A stretch of DNA of 64,000 nt. Origin: a virus. The DNA is taken from the IMG/VR virus record IMGVR_UViG_3300045988_056969, positions 46,751-110,750 of that record. One strand, given 5' to 3'. The notes under the pieces are model-generated. The model saw only the letters and a program-made list of their open reading frames with translations. It made no database searches and was not told the origin of the DNA. The stretch's first letter is position 1. The number at the start of each line of letters is the position of its first letter. Below, in pieces: positions 39,842 to 49,235 of the stretch. The position numbers and the translations under genes are program-made.

Positions 39842-39915
39842 CGCGGGATGATAGCAGAGGTAGCTAGTCAGGCTCATAACCTGAAGGTCGTCGGTTCGAA
39901 TCCGAGTGGGGGATC
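39842..39915 (+). tRNA. fMet-like tRNA (anticodon CAT), close to E. coli initiator up to the T-loop, but the 3' acceptor strand TGGGGGA is not complementary to 5' CGCGGGA
   Basis: D TAGC/GCTA; anticodon arm TCAGG-CTCATAA-CCTGA; AGGTC-GTCGG-TTCGAAT-CCGAG, then TGGGGGATC. Confidence 0.4.
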
Positions 39916-39941
39916 TTAACCATTAAATTAGATTAATTTTT

Positions 39942-40616
39942 ATGACTAGATTAGAAAAGTATTTAGTGGCAACTGCTACTGAGATTATCGAAGCGGAAAC
40001 AACTGTTTCTCGCTACTTTGTCATTGGAAACGTCAAAGTTAGAGTATCAGACCATTTAAGTAAAATGAGTGATGCAGACTTACAAGTGATTATTCCATTG
40101 AACGGAGGGACTAAGTATATAGTTACTGTTAAGGATAGTCCTGGAAAATTTCTTGTATGGAATGCAACTCAAATAAAAGACTTTATTCCTTCATTGCAGA
40201 TTATTAAGGGCTTGAAGGAAGGAGTGCAACTTAAGCCAAAACCTAAAGACTCTGCAGTTCAGAAGATTCAGCTAGCATTAAATAATAGTAATACCGATGG
40301 AGGTTCGTTAACGTTTGATGGTACTATTATTGAGTCTAGATTGAAAGAAAAGCAACTTACTTCCAAACAGCGGGAAGTTTTCAGGAGAACTAAATCTACT
40401 TGGGATATTTCTCAGATTGGGACATTACCCAGTATGATTAAAGTAGATTTAGGATTGTCAAATGGTTCTGTAAACGAAGATGTGCAGATATTTCTAACTT
40501 GTACATCTTTAACCTACAAAGAAATTCTGAACATTTATAAAATAATAGTTGTTGATAACCGTATGGTTCCAACTATTAAACTGTTGCAAGAAGCTTATAG
40601 CTTGATTGTGCAGTAG
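39942..40616 (+). CDS. Hypothetical protein (224 aa)
   Basis: ORF track. Confidence 0.5.
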   Translation: MTRLEKYLVATATEIIEAETTVSRYFVIGNVKVRVSDHLSKMSDADLQVIIPLNGGTKYIVTVKDSPGKFLVWNATQIKDFIPSLQIIKGLKEGVQLKPKPKDSAVQKIQLALNNSNTDGGSLTFDGTIIESRLKEKQLTSKQREVFRRTKSTWDISQIGTLPSMIKVDLGLSNGSVNEDVQIFLTCTSLTYKEILNIYKIIVVDNRMVPTIKLLQEAYSLIVQ

Positions 40617-40619
40617 GAT

Positions 40620-40691
40620 AGCGCCATCATCTAATGGTTAGGATTCAGGCTTTTCACGCCTGCCATACGGGTTCGAATCCCGTTGGCGTTA
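40620..40691 (+). tRNA. tRNA-Glu (anticodon TTC)
   Basis: AGCGCCA/TGGCGTT; D ATCT/GGAT; anticodon arm CAGGC-TTTTCAC-GCCTG; T-arm ACGGG-TTCGAAT-CCCGT. Confidence 0.7.
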
Positions 40692-40741
40692 CTATGTACC
40701 CCAGCAGCGAAAGTTGTTGGGTATTTTTTGTTTAATTTAAT

Positions 40742-41068
40742 TTGTGTTTAATGCGAAAAACATTTGAATTTGTAAAAGTGGGAGGAGTCTGGTTTTATTG
40801 GTGGCCAGACTTCGATGGAGACCCAGGAGAGTTGGCTATGGTTGGCGGGGCTGACGATCTTCTTGATTCTCTTGATGATAGATTTGTTAGGTTGCAGATG
40901 GTTGACCCTTCTGTAGCTAAGATTGTTCTATCTAAGATTGAAGAAGATGAGAATGGAGCTACTTACTTGTGTAAAAGTAAGAATTATAACGATAGAGTTT
41001 GGATTTGTCCAGTAACTCTACTAGTATTTAACGAATATCCTCAAAACATTTATTTGTCTGAATTATAA
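40742..41068 (+). CDS. Hypothetical protein
   Basis: ORF track. Confidence 0.45.
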   Translation: MCLMRKTFEFVKVGGVWFYWWPDFDGDPGELAMVGGADDLLDSLDDRFVRLQMVDPSVAKIVLSKIEEDENGATYLCKSKNYNDRVWICPVTLLVFNEYPQNIYLSEL

Positions 41069-41517
41069 TGAAAACATTAGATGAAATCGTAAACAATTAC
41101 GAAGAATGGTCTGTATTTCTTGACGATAGATTTGGAGTTAGATTAGCTCAATTTCTGACACAGGAACAGTTAGAGAAAATAGGTTTTAAGTGGAATAGTG
41201 ATGAACCTTATCCTGAACCCAAAGAGTGGACTAGAGAGAATATTCTTTCCCAACTTAAAGAAGATGTAGAGTTCGGATTTGAAAAAGCCCTTGACAAGAG
41301 AGGTATTTCTGCAAGTCTGATGTTTGCTGTAGTTCTTAGATGGAATAGAGTTCTTGAGGAAGGCTTGGAGGATTATCCAGAGGATAACTATGCTATGTAT
41401 TTGCCATTATTTAAGGCTACTGCGGAAAAGTATGGCTGGGAGAATCCTATCGGAGATGATAGTGGAAGCGAGGACTATTATAACGAAGAGTATGATGAAG
41501 GATTGTACTGCGATTAA
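41068..41517 (+). CDS. Hypothetical acidic protein
   Basis: ORF track. Confidence 0.5.
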   Translation: MKTLDEIVNNYEEWSVFLDDRFGVRLAQFLTQEQLEKIGFKWNSDEPYPEPKEWTRENILSQLKEDVEFGFEKALDKRGISASLMFAVVLRWNRVLEEGLEDYPEDNYAMYLPLFKATAEKYGWENPIGDDSGSEDYYNEEYDEGLYCD

Positions 41518-41683
41518 AGTCATTGCCGAAGCTCTGGAAGAATATGAAAATAATTTCAACCATAAGATAAATATCTTAGAAAGCAAGATTATTCTCTATG
41601 AAAAGGAGAGAAAAGCTATTATAAGACATCTTAAGGAAGGGAATATAGAATTATTAAAGAGTTATTTTGGAATTGAAAAATGA
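41492..41683 (+). CDS. Small coiled-coil protein (track ORF 41354-41683 trimmed to the internal ATG)
   Basis: The upstream part overlaps 41068-41517 in another frame. Confidence 0.35.
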   Translation: MMKDCTAIKVIAEALEEYENNFNHKINILESKIILYEKERKAIIRHLKEGNIELLKSYFGIEK

Positions 41684-41840
41684 AGGAATACTACCTGATT
41701 AAGTGCAGAAATAATATCCCATTCATTATAGGTCAGTATGATACCGAAGAAGATGCCAGGAAGGCGAAGAATCGTGAGAATCCTAATTCCGAGCTTATGA
41801 TAGTAGTTAACATAGAAAAGGATAAGCCTGAGAAAACATC

Positions 41841-42137
41841 ATGATTACTGAGATTTCATACGATAAGGACTTATTAGGAAAGGAAGTTAGGGGTACAAAT
41901 ACTTCCTACTGGGGTATATCAGCTTTACAGGCAGGCCACGATGACATCCGCCAAGATATTTCAAAATATTTATTTAGAGACTGTGTGGTAGATAGTGGAC
42001 ATAAAGGGATAATTATAGGGTTCGAAGATAATAACCAATTCTTTGATTACTATTATATAGTCTATGTCCCAGAACTTGATAAAGTTGTTTATCAACTATG
42101 TAATGATGCAAGATTTATTAATTCTATTGAGATATGA
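41841..42137 (+). CDS. Hypothetical protein
   Basis: ORF track. Confidence 0.45.
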   Translation: MITEISYDKDLLGKEVRGTNTSYWGISALQAGHDDIRQDISKYLFRDCVVDSGHKGIIIGFEDNNQFFDYYYIVYVPELDKVVYQLCNDARFINSIEI

Positions 42138-42631
42138 AAAAGAGAGTTTTAATTATTTTAATGATTAGTATTGTATTCGGATTTGCAACTGGTTATTCCT
42201 TGCACCACTGGATACATTCTGCGAGGTTTCTAGAGGAGAAAATTATGCTGATGCCGGAACATCCATTCTATTTGATGGAGGAGGTGAATGAGGAAGTATT
42301 GTATAATACTCTTAAACACTATGATTTCCCAAGTCCTGCTATCATAACAGCTCAGGCTATTCTAGAATCTGGTAACTTCAAGTCTAAACTTTGTAAGGAC
42401 AACAATAATTTGTTCGGACTGTATAATTCAAGAACGATGTCCTATTTCAAGTTTGATAGTTGGATAAGCTGTGTATTTGCTTATAAGCAATTTATTCTAA
42501 GTAGGTACGATCCAGAAGAGGACTATTATAGATTCCTAGATAGGATTGGATATGCCGAAGATCCTCTATATGAGAGTAAGGTTAAAGAATTAGAGTTAGA
42601 TATTATCAACAAGTATGGAAGCCCAGATTGA
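42134..42631 (+). CDS. Peptidoglycan hydrolase, N-acetylglucosaminidase family (FlgJ-like), with an N-terminal TM anchor; endolysin/SAR-endolysin candidate
   Basis: AQAILESGNFKSKLCKDNNNLFGL matches the glucosaminidase signature AQAxLESGWG...NNLFGI. Confidence 0.65.
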   Translation: MKKRVLIILMISIVFGFATGYSLHHWIHSARFLEEKIMLMPEHPFYLMEEVNEEVLYNTLKHYDFPSPAIITAQAILESGNFKSKLCKDNNNLFGLYNSRTMSYFKFDSWISCVFAYKQFILSRYDPEEDYYRFLDRIGYAEDPLYESKVKELELDIINKYGSPD

Positions 42632-42836
42632 AAAGGCTATTGAGCTTAGAAAACAAGCTAACTTTAAGATTTTAACTAGACTAGCTCAAATCATAGAATG
42701 CAGTCCGCATTTGCGATTCCAGCAAATATTATCCAATTACAAAGTCTGTGAATTAGGTAAGGATAAGTTCTATGAAGAGAGTATAGAAACTCTTAGGAAT
42801 TTAGAAGGAGAAATGAACAAAAAGTTGAACACTTAA
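42615..42836 (+). CDS. Hypothetical protein
   Basis: ORF track. Confidence 0.4.
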   Translation: MEAQIEKAIELRKQANFKILTRLAQIIECSPHLRFQQILSNYKVCELGKDKFYEESIETLRNLEGEMNKKLNT

Positions 42837-43204
42837 TAGATTTAAAATGGAATTTAAGAATTTTAAGAAAGATGTAGAAGCTGCTTTCAATAATATGATT
42901 GCAGAAAATCTGTTTGTTGCGAATTTGAAGGAGTAGCCTGGTTGACATTCAGTCCTGGACTACCCTTTGATATTCATGGAGAGGGTTACGATTTTGAAGA
43001 GCTTGGGTTAATAGGCACAGAAGCTAATCTAAGATACTTTGAAAAAGTTACCCCTAACTATATTGATTGTGGAACTGATGTTGATAAGTTTATTAACACC
43101 TGTCTACAGTTTAAGTAAGTTAACAGTTTTTAACTTTGAATTTAACAATTCGGAGACTAATCTAGTAAGAAGATTAGAAAAATGATACTTTAGGATTATC
43201 TCTC

Positions 43205-43230
43205 GGTAGCGGTTCGTGAGAATAGCTACC
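43205..43230 (+). other. Conserved stem-loop motif, copy c (GGTAGC-GGTTCGTGAGAATA-GCTACC), overlapping the 5' end of tRNA-Leu
   Basis: Same loop as copies a and b; stem differs by compensatory changes. Confidence 0.5.
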
Positions 43231-43312
43231 GGATGGTGGAATTGGTAGACACGTCAGATTTAAGCTCTGATGCCCATTGAGGGCGTGTGGGTTCGAGTCC
43301 CACTTCGGGTAC
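43227..43312 (+). tRNA. tRNA-Leu (anticodon TAA), type II
   Basis: TACCGGA/TCGGGTA (one G-G mismatch); D GTG/CAC; anticodon arm TCAGA-TTTAAGC-TCTGA; long variable arm; T-arm GTGGG-TTCGAGT-CCCAC. Confidence 0.6.
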
Positions 43313-43328
43313 TATAAAATGTTTTGAT

Positions 43329-43505
43329 ATGGAAAGATACATAAAAGAACTAGTAGAGATTTATACTAGCAATACTCTTAAGTCAAAAGAGGAGCTAGAA
43401 AGTTTGAAGAAACTTATTATGAATGCTCATAGAGCTGGTTTCATAGCTGGTTTCATAGCTGGAGAAGAATCTATAGTAAATGTAATTGATAAGTTAACAA
43501 AATGA
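43329..43505 (+). CDS. Small protein with an AGFI tandem repeat (track ORF 43287-43505 trimmed past the tRNA)
   Basis: 12-bp tandem duplication gctggtttcata x2 at 43427-43450. Confidence 0.35.
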   Translation: MERYIKELVEIYTSNTLKSKEELESLKKLIMNAHRAGFIAGFIAGEESIVNVIDKLTK

Positions 43506-44416
43506 AAGAAAGTGTATTTTTTGGAAACGAAGGATTGACTTCTACATCTGCTAACTATTATGCTAATGTTGCGCAGGAAATGATTCAGGCTGCTACTGAG
43601 CGTCTGAATAGTGTGAGGTTCTATCAAGTGTTTGTAGCCTCTATAGGAGGTGGGGAGAAGCAATTAATGACAGTAGGTCAAACTTCCCTAGACTTTATTA
43701 AGGACGACTTAGAAAAGTCAGCGGAAATGAATAGCTTCTGTGCTTGGGTGCGGGAGGCTATTAAGAAAAAGGAGGAATTGATTTCCTATACTACTGCTTG
43801 CTCTATCGAAAAATGGGCTAGAGAAAACAATGTCGAGATTCCAGAACAACCTCAATATCCTGATTCACCTATTAAGGCGGATGAGAAAGAGGTAATGGAT
43901 TCATGGGATGCCAATAAGAGAAACAAGTACCTAAGACTTGAAGCGTTTGCTTCTACTTATGGGAAATATATTCACCCAAAAGGAGCTTTTAGCAAAGCTA
44001 GAAAAGATGTTCATGCTGCTGAAAACTGCCCAATCTACAAGGAAGGAACTGGTAGAGACTTAATTCTCTATTACCAAGACCCGACTATTAAGGTAGAGGA
44101 TGTTGATGCGATGTTTATGTCTCTTCAAGATACGTATCGTTCTTATGAAAAAGAACTGAACGCTATGAAGGCAGAACTTAAAGAGACTGTAAATAAACTT
44201 GATATGACTAGAGAAAGGGAATATCAAGATAGAGTAGCAGAATTTAAGGCTGACTATGAGAGATATAATTCTAAAATGCAAGAGTTTAGAAGTCAGTTTA
44301 ATAACTGGAGAACGTCTGAACAGGAGAGAATCTCTCAACTAAAGATTACCTTGCCAACGAATCTTCTAGGAATTTTCGAAGAAATTAGGAAACAAGGCGA
44401 TCCCTCCTCTAAGTAA
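43502..44416 (+). CDS. Hypothetical protein (304 aa)
   Basis: ORF track. Confidence 0.5.
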   Translation: MKESVFFGNEGLTSTSANYYANVAQEMIQAATERLNSVRFYQVFVASIGGGEKQLMTVGQTSLDFIKDDLEKSAEMNSFCAWVREAIKKKEELISYTTACSIEKWARENNVEIPEQPQYPDSPIKADEKEVMDSWDANKRNKYLRLEAFASTYGKYIHPKGAFSKARKDVHAAENCPIYKEGTGRDLILYYQDPTIKVEDVDAMFMSLQDTYRSYEKELNAMKAELKETVNKLDMTREREYQDRVAEFKADYERYNSKMQEFRSQFNNWRTSEQERISQLKITLPTNLLGIFEEIRKQGDPSSK

Positions 44417-44419
44417 TTA

Positions 44420-44805
44420 GAGGAATTTTCTGTAGGAAGCTAACAATTTATATATACGTTAGGAATAATATATGAATCTTTATTTGGAAATCTAAGGATT
44501 TCTGACTTACACATTCGCTGGTCTCACAAAAATCTTGAAATTACTCTCTTATTGAGAGTCTTTGTCTTAGTCTTCGCTAGTGTGACCAGGTCTTCGACTT
44601 TGATTTCATCTTTGCCTGCGTGTTAGCTTCCTACTATAGCTCACCAACCAAGTTGTTGGAGGAGTTACGAAGCCCTGTTAAGGGTTTCAGCATTTGCTTC
44701 AGTTACAAGTAATCTTTAAACTTGGTGACTATTATCCCAAATTCTCAACAAGATGAAGAGGGAGGTTGGCCGACCTAATAACGGTACAAGCTCTTCGGAG
44801 TGATA
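44420..44805 (+). ncRNA. Candidate structured non-coding RNA (about 390 nt) with several strong hairpins, e.g. GAAGCCCT-gtta-AGGGTTTC and a UUCG-type loop
   Basis: No ORF on either strand even when TAG is allowed as sense; ends at the nested terminator. Confidence 0.3.
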
Positions 44806-44858
44806 GGAGTGGGGAAAGTATCTGAGAAGCACAGATACTGGAACCACTCTTTTTTTTG
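44806..44858 (+). terminator. Nested hairpin (GAGTGG...GTATCTG-agaagca-CAGATAC...CCACTC) followed by T8
   Basis: Inverted repeats plus the U-tract tttttttt at 44851-44858. Confidence 0.5.
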
Positions 44859-44894
44859 ATAGATAAAATGTTTAACTAATTAAAAATTATTAAA

Positions 44895-45053
44895 ATGAAG
44901 AAGTTACTATTGCTTTTTGTGTTAGTTGCCGCTATGTCGGCTTGCACACACAAGACTCAACCAGCAACTGCAGAGGACTCTGTTGTAGTCGTTGAGAATG
45001 TTGTAGACACAACTGCTGTCGATTCTATAGTATCTAACGATAGTATTCAGTAA
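44895..45053 (+). CDS. Small lipoprotein (52 aa; MKKLLLLFVLVAAMSAC)
   Basis: Manual translation; lipobox AMSAC. Confidence 0.45.
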   Translation: MKKLLLLFVLVAAMSACTHKTQPATAEDSVVVVENVVDTTAVDSIVSNDSIQ

Positions 45054-45055
45054 GT

Positions 45056-45370
45056 ATGGATTTCATCGCAACTAGAGTCAGTGAACTCTTAGAAAAGGTT
45101 TCACCCATTAGACGATGGCTTATTTCCGATGTTGCGAATGAATACTACCGTGAAGGTTATCAAGATGGTCAGAAGCTAGTCTATAGAAATGTATTGAAAG
45201 GTAACGCATTGAAAGAGTTTATCGAAATTCTTAATCATTGCGGAATCAAATTGAGTTACAATCTGCGGAAAGGAGGTTTAATTGTCAGTGTGAGAACTGA
45301 CAAACTTCCCAATCTGCAACGCCTCGTTGAATGTTATAAAAATGAAAGTAAAGAAGACAAGAAATTTTAG
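45056..45370 (+). CDS. Hypothetical protein
   Basis: ORF track. Confidence 0.45.
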   Translation: MDFIATRVSELLEKVSPIRRWLISDVANEYYREGYQDGQKLVYRNVLKGNALKEFIEILNHCGIKLSYNLRKGGLIVSVRTDKLPNLQRLVECYKNESKEDKKF

Positions 45371-45716
45371 TGATGCCCCACCTCTTGATGTTCAGTGTGA
45401 CTACATCATGAAGAACTTTGACTTTGATAAGGTTCTAGAATACATGAGTTGGGACAAGAGTCATAGAACATATGACGATGATGGGAAATGTGTAGGAAAG
45501 TCTCCTTGGAGGATGTATATAAGTCCTGGAGAGTATAGAGTTCCATCTATTTCTGACCTAAGAGCACTAGCTAGAGACTTACTTACGCAAGTAATAAGAA
45601 ATTATAGAAACAGTAAATCAACATTTGTTTCTATATCTACTGGGCCATTTAAGGCTATGTGTAGATATGGTATGCTAGAGTTGATTGGTGTTATAGAATC
45701 TTGGAGCGGTGATTGA
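45327..45716 (+). CDS. Hypothetical protein
   Basis: ORF track. Confidence 0.45.
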   Translation: MNVIKMKVKKTRNFSDAPPLDVQCDYIMKNFDFDKVLEYMSWDKSHRTYDDDGKCVGKSPWRMYISPGEYRVPSISDLRALARDLLTQVIRNYRNSKSTFVSISTGPFKAMCRYGMLELIGVIESWSGD

Positions 45717-46104
45717 GTTCAATGAAGTGTTCTGTTTAGATTTAAAAGATGATTTTGAGGAATTAGGAAGGCATGAGAGAAATTTCGAGCTAGATGAATT
45801 CATTCAGAAGGATTTGAGTAGAGCTTTTGCTTTTGGTTATTGTCACTTAGATTGGATAAAAGAAAAAATGTGGTTTCCAGTCTCTATTAGAAAAGCCTTG
45901 AGGCATCTTGGAGATAATTTGGAAGACTTTATTCCACAAATTAAGTGGCTTAATGGGAAGTATGGAGCTGTAGGAAAGAGAGTTAGAATAAGTGATTACG
46001 CAAACTATATTTTAGATAATATATTTTGTGATAACCAAGACGACCTGCTAAAGATAGCAATACTACTAGGAACTAATCTCAGGACTAATACTCAGAATGA
46101 GTAA
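45709..46104 (+). CDS. Hypothetical protein
   Basis: ORF track. Confidence 0.45.
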   Translation: MIEFNEVFCLDLKDDFEELGRHERNFELDEFIQKDLSRAFAFGYCHLDWIKEKMWFPVSIRKALRHLGDNLEDFIPQIKWLNGKYGAVGKRVRISDYANYILDNIFCDNQDDLLKIAILLGTNLRTNTQNE

Positions 46105-46558
46105 TTTAGAGGTCTTTACTGACGGAGCTTTTAGTTCATCTAGAAATACAGGAGGAGTAGGAGTTGTATTCGTAATTGATGGGAAAAAATCCTATGAATT
46201 TAGCAAGATGATTCCAAATACTACTAACAACAAATGTGAGTTGTTAGCTGTAATATATGCTCTCAATGCAGTAAGCCGTAAGATAGAATCTCTTACTATC
46301 TATTCAGATTCTCAGTATGTCATAGGATGTGCTACAAAAGGATGGAAAAGAAAAAAGAATGTAGAGTTGTGGAACTTATATGACAAGGTTTTTGCTAAGG
46401 CAAGCCAGTTTTGCCCTGACATAAAATTTTGTTGGGTTAAGGGACATACTTCAAATTCTGATTTCTTTTCTGAGATGAATAATTTAGCAGATAAATTAGC
46501 AGTTGAAGCAAGTCAAGAATATGAAACTAAGAAAGAACAAAAACAAGAGACTCATTAA
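46097..46558 (+). CDS. rnhA: Ribonuclease H
   Basis: TDGA...NNKCELLAVIYAL...YSDSQYV...WVKGH...LADKLA collinear with RNase HI. Confidence 0.8.
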   Translation: MSNLEVFTDGAFSSSRNTGGVGVVFVIDGKKSYEFSKMIPNTTNNKCELLAVIYALNAVSRKIESLTIYSDSQYVIGCATKGWKRKKNVELWNLYDKVFAKASQFCPDIKFCWVKGHTSNSDFFSEMNNLADKLAVEASQEYETKKEQKQETH

Positions 46559-46565
46559 AGAGGCT

Positions 46566-46937
46566 ATGAAGTTCTATCCGTTTGATTATGGTTTTGTTCT
46601 CTCCCTAGAGAAACAAGCTTTAATTAGAATGTATGAATACTTCAAAGTATCTAGAATTGCTGAAGGTAACGAAGTTGTTGAAAAGAATCTAAAACTCGCA
46701 CTAGGACTTTTAGATATTGTTCTAGAGATAGATTCTGCCTATCATTGTGATTTCAGACCTGGGTCTGAAGGATTCGTAGATAGGCACATAAACATTAAGA
46801 ACTGGAAACGATTCTGGCCTAAAGCTGCTGATCTTGATTTGAGTAAACCTATTCTTCAAGACCATTTGAGAAGAGAAAAAGCCTGGTACTTGTACAATAA
46901 ACTTAGGTTTGAACGTATGAGAACTTGGTGGGATTAA
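46566..46937 (+). CDS. Hypothetical protein (track ORF 46503-46937 trimmed to the ATG after the rnhA stop)
   Basis: Same frame as the track ORF; the upstream part overlaps rnhA. Confidence 0.4.
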   Translation: MKFYPFDYGFVLSLEKQALIRMYEYFKVSRIAEGNEVVEKNLKLALGLLDIVLEIDSAYHCDFRPGSEGFVDRHINIKNWKRFWPKAADLDLSKPILQDHLRREKAWYLYNKLRFERMRTWWD

Positions 46938-46953
46938 TTTAACTAATTTAATT

Positions 46954-47970
46954 ATGAAGAGAATTTTTAGTATTATTTGTTTGTGTTTGATGTGTGCATT
47001 TGCTAGCGCACAAGTTGTTGAGACTGGAAGTATGAAGGATAACTGGTATATTTCTGGTAATGTTGGAACTACTATTTGGGATAACCATAGAAGTTGGGCA
47101 GAACCAAATGATGTACTAGTAAACATTGCTATTGGTAAGGAGATTACTCCTATCTTTGGCTTGGAGTTAGACATGATGGCTGGAATGAACCAAGGAAATA
47201 AAACATTCTTTGATTCACATAATTTGACAGCTAACGTTACTACCAATCTTACTAACCTGATATGTGGATATAACGGAGATAGACGTCTGTTTGAGCCTAT
47301 ATTAATCATTGGTGCTGGTTGGTATCATACTTATGGAGGTGTCTATAATAATGTATCCGCCCGTGGAGCCGTTAGATGTAACTTTAATATCTCTAATAGA
47401 TGGGCATTAAATGTTACTCCTGAGTATATGTTACTTCCCAAGACTTCTCCTCTGAATCATGAGTTTAACGTCTATATTGGTGCTACCTATCGCTTTAAGT
47501 CTAGCAAAGGGGACTTTCCAATTATGAAGTTGTATAGTGATGCCGAGGTTGAAAGCCTAAACGCTTCTATTAATGAGTTGAGAGCCAAGAATGAGGAACT
47601 TATGGCTCGTAAACCAATAGAAATTGTTAAGACGGACACAATCGAAATTACTAAAGTAGAGCTTTTGACTCCAAAAATTCAATTCCTTCAAAATTCTTCA
47701 GAGATTTCTAAAACTTCCAATGTGGCTGTCTCAGAACTAGCTTCCTATATTTCTAATAGTGGAAAAACTTATGTGATTGAGGGATATGCTTCGGAAGAAG
47801 GTCCAGAAGAGTTTAATAATAACCTTGCTGTAGCTAGGGCAGAATCTATGAAGAAGGCTCTGATTAGCTATGGTGCTCCAGAGGATAAATTGGTTGTTAA
47901 GGGATGCGGAATTACCACTGAATTTGGAGATAATGAATTTAATCGTATCGTAATAATTTCCGAACAATGA
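46954..47970 (+). CDS. OmpA-family outer-membrane protein (signal peptide, beta-barrel-like N-domain, C-terminal OmpA peptidoglycan-binding domain)
   Basis: Signal peptide MKRIFSIICLCLMCAFASAQ; C-terminus YVIEGYASEEGPEEFNNNLAVARAESMKKAL...VKGCG. Confidence 0.65.
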   Translation: MKRIFSIICLCLMCAFASAQVVETGSMKDNWYISGNVGTTIWDNHRSWAEPNDVLVNIAIGKEITPIFGLELDMMAGMNQGNKTFFDSHNLTANVTTNLTNLICGYNGDRRLFEPILIIGAGWYHTYGGVYNNVSARGAVRCNFNISNRWALNVTPEYMLLPKTSPLNHEFNVYIGATYRFKSSKGDFPIMKLYSDAEVESLNASINELRAKNEELMARKPIEIVKTDTIEITKVELLTPKIQFLQNSSEISKTSNVAVSELASYISNSGKTYVIEGYASEEGPEEFNNNLAVARAESMKKALISYGAPEDKLVVKGCGITTEFGDNEFNRIVIISEQ

Positions 47971-48211
47971 AGTATAAGAAAAAAGTAGCTTGGTTAAAAG
48001 CAAAGCAAGCATGGTGGGATAAACAAGGAAAAGACTTTCAGGCTGCAACTACCAGACCTGGGTCTATTAAAACTCGATAAATCATGATTGCGTTTATAAT
48101 TGTGTGCATAATGTTTGCCGCGTATATTTATTATGACCCGTATGTAGATATTACAGAGGATAATGTACTACTATGGTATAATAAAAGCGGCAATAGAGAA
48201 TATATTATTCT

Positions 48212-48424
48212 ATGGTCGAGAAAAACTTAATTAAGGCATTTGTTGCCGTTCTATTAATCGTTGTAATTTACAACATCAGCTTATGGTTATTATCCGAATC
48301 ATTGTATGCTGCAAATATCTTGGGGTTGTTACTATTACTAGTGGCAATCCCAAGTTTAGTTTATAGGATATTCAAATATATTAAGAAACATTACTTAAAT
48401 AAGGAAAATGAAGACAATTATTAA
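48212..48424 (+). CDS. Small membrane protein (2 TM)
   Basis: ORF track; hydrophobic. Confidence 0.4.
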   Translation: MVEKNLIKAFVAVLLIVVIYNISLWLLSESLYAANILGLLLLLVAIPSLVYRIFKYIKKHYLNKENEDNY

Positions 48425-49235
48425 GATTTTGTGCGTATTAACTTTAGTGTTTGGCTTATCTAGTTGTGGCTATGAGAGAATTGATGCTGGTTATGAAGGC
48501 ATCAAGGTAAATCTATACGGAGATGGTAAAGGAGTAGACGATGTGTCTCTTGTTACTGGTGCGGTATGGTACAATCCTGTTACTACGGCTGTATATGAAT
48601 ATCCTACATTCGTACAGACTGTGGACTATCCTCCTTTCAGTATTAATGCTAAAGATGGATCATCATTTACTGTAGACCCTACAATTTCTTTGAAGATTGT
48701 TGACGGGAAATCACCAGAAGTATTTAAGAAGTATAGAAAGGAAGATATTGTAGAGGTAATTAACACTACTTTGTATAATTACGTAAAGAATGCTTTTCGC
48801 ATTCAGCTGAATAACTATACTACTGATGAACTAGTAAGTAAACGTGAGGAGTTTGAGAAGTCTATAGAAGATAGACTGTCAAAGGAACTCTTGGCTGAGA
48901 ATTTTCAGCTTGAACAAATGACTTCTGGTCTTCAATATCCACAGACGCTAGTCAATTCTATTGATGCTAAGAATGCTGCAATTCAACAGGCTTTGAAGGC
49001 AGAGAATGAAGTTAAGACTATTGAGGCAGAAGCTAAAAAGAAAGTAGCAGCTGCACAAGGAGAGGCAGAAGCTCTTAAGATTAAGGGTGATGCAGAAGCT
49101 GAATATAATAGAAAGATTTCAGCATCTTTGTCAGTTCTCATAGTTCAGCAGGATATGATTAAGAAGTGGGATGGAAAACTTCCTACTTATGGTCAGGTTC
49201 CCACCTTATTTAAAGATGTAGCTAATAACAAATGA
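48408..49235 (+). CDS. SPFH/band-7 (HflC/prohibitin-like) lipoprotein
   Basis: Lipobox LSSCG; SPFH-like core with a C-terminal Ala/Glu/Lys coiled coil (EAEAKKKVAAAQGEAEALKIKGDAEAE). Confidence 0.55.
   Translation: MKTIIKILCVLTLVFGLSSCGYERIDAGYEGIKVNLYGDGKGVDDVSLVTGAVWYNPVTTAVYEYPTFVQTVDYPPFSINAKDGSSFTVDPTISLKIVDGKSPEVFKKYRKEDIVEVINTTLYNYVKNAFRIQLNNYTTDELVSKREEFEKSIEDRLSKELLAENFQLEQMTSGLQYPQTLVNSIDAKNAAIQQALKAENEVKTIEAEAKKKVAAAQGEAEALKIKGDAEAEYNRKISASLSVLIVQQDMIKKWDGKLPTYGQVPTLFKDVANNK

Noticed and set aside
43427-43450. Tandem 12-bp repeat (possible CRISPR or VNTR)
   Set aside because: Only two copies, in frame inside a small ORF (AGFIAGFI). There are no spacer-repeat arrays anywhere in the window.
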